Shown here: positions 63,928 through 64,000 of the stretch, in pieces
Position numbering within the stretch: the first letter of the stretch is position 1
Layout of the letters: every line of letters starts with the position of its first letter
NCBI RefSeq assembly: GCF_003334255.1
Contig: NZ_QOWU01000010.1
Length of the DNA: 64,000 nucleotides
Direction: 5' to 3' (one strand)
Origin: Escherichia coli
Lineage (GTDB): Bacteria > Pseudomonadota > Gammaproteobacteria > Enterobacterales > Enterobacteriaceae
Program-made: the position numbers and the translations under genes
Notes under the pieces: generated by a model
What the model saw: the letters and a program-made list of their open reading frames with translations, nothing else
Told to the model about the DNA's origin: nothing
The model's database searches: none

Positions 63928-64000
63928 ATGCTGAAGCGTTTCTTTATTACCGGTACAGACACTTCTGTAGGGAAAACGGTGGTTTCCCGCGCATTGCTAC
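63928..64000 (+). CDS. ynfK: dethiobiotin synthetase paralog, N-terminal part (3' end outside window)
   Basis: ATG at 63928; MLKRFFITGTDTSVGKTVVSRALL with P-loop GTDTSVGKT. Confidence 0.8.
   Translation, partial: MLKRFFITGTDTSVGKTVVSRALL

Overview
The window is Escherichia coli-type core chromosome with one accessory insertion. Genes were identified by reading the supplied ORF translations and by synteny; no database search was run. Core gene order is tyrS(3' end)-pdxY-gst-dtpA-nth-rsxEGDCBA-ydgK-cnu-blr-ydgJ-add-malYX/malI-hdhA-uidRABC-ydgA-manA-fumAC-tus-rstBA-ydgC-folM-ydgI-ydgH-pntAB, then mdtJI-ydgD-ydgU-asr-ynfM-ynfL-mlc-ynfK(5' end). The accessory region is a ~14.9 kb integrative element (about 42241-57106) inserted inside the tqsA coding sequence, which is split into a 3' fragment (41334-42240) and a 5' fragment (57098-57234) flanked by a 9-bp direct repeat (ATAACAGCA). 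The element carries a P4-type tyrosine integrase, an AlpA-like regulator, a P4 alpha-like primase with a TGTTCACC iteron cluster, SSB-like and PerC-like genes, and a complete HK97-type head and packaging module (major capsid, prohead protease, portal, adaptor, connector, HNH, TerS, TerL). It has no tail, lysis or CI-type repressor genes. This matches a capsid-forming phage-inducible chromosomal island (cf-PICI-like satellite), which is the most interesting object here. Within it, several unknown small genes, a paired-operator switch region and a palindrome-dense 0.5-kb non-coding stretch at the right end are the best candidates for undescribed functions. No tRNA, rRNA, CRISPR array or IS element was seen.
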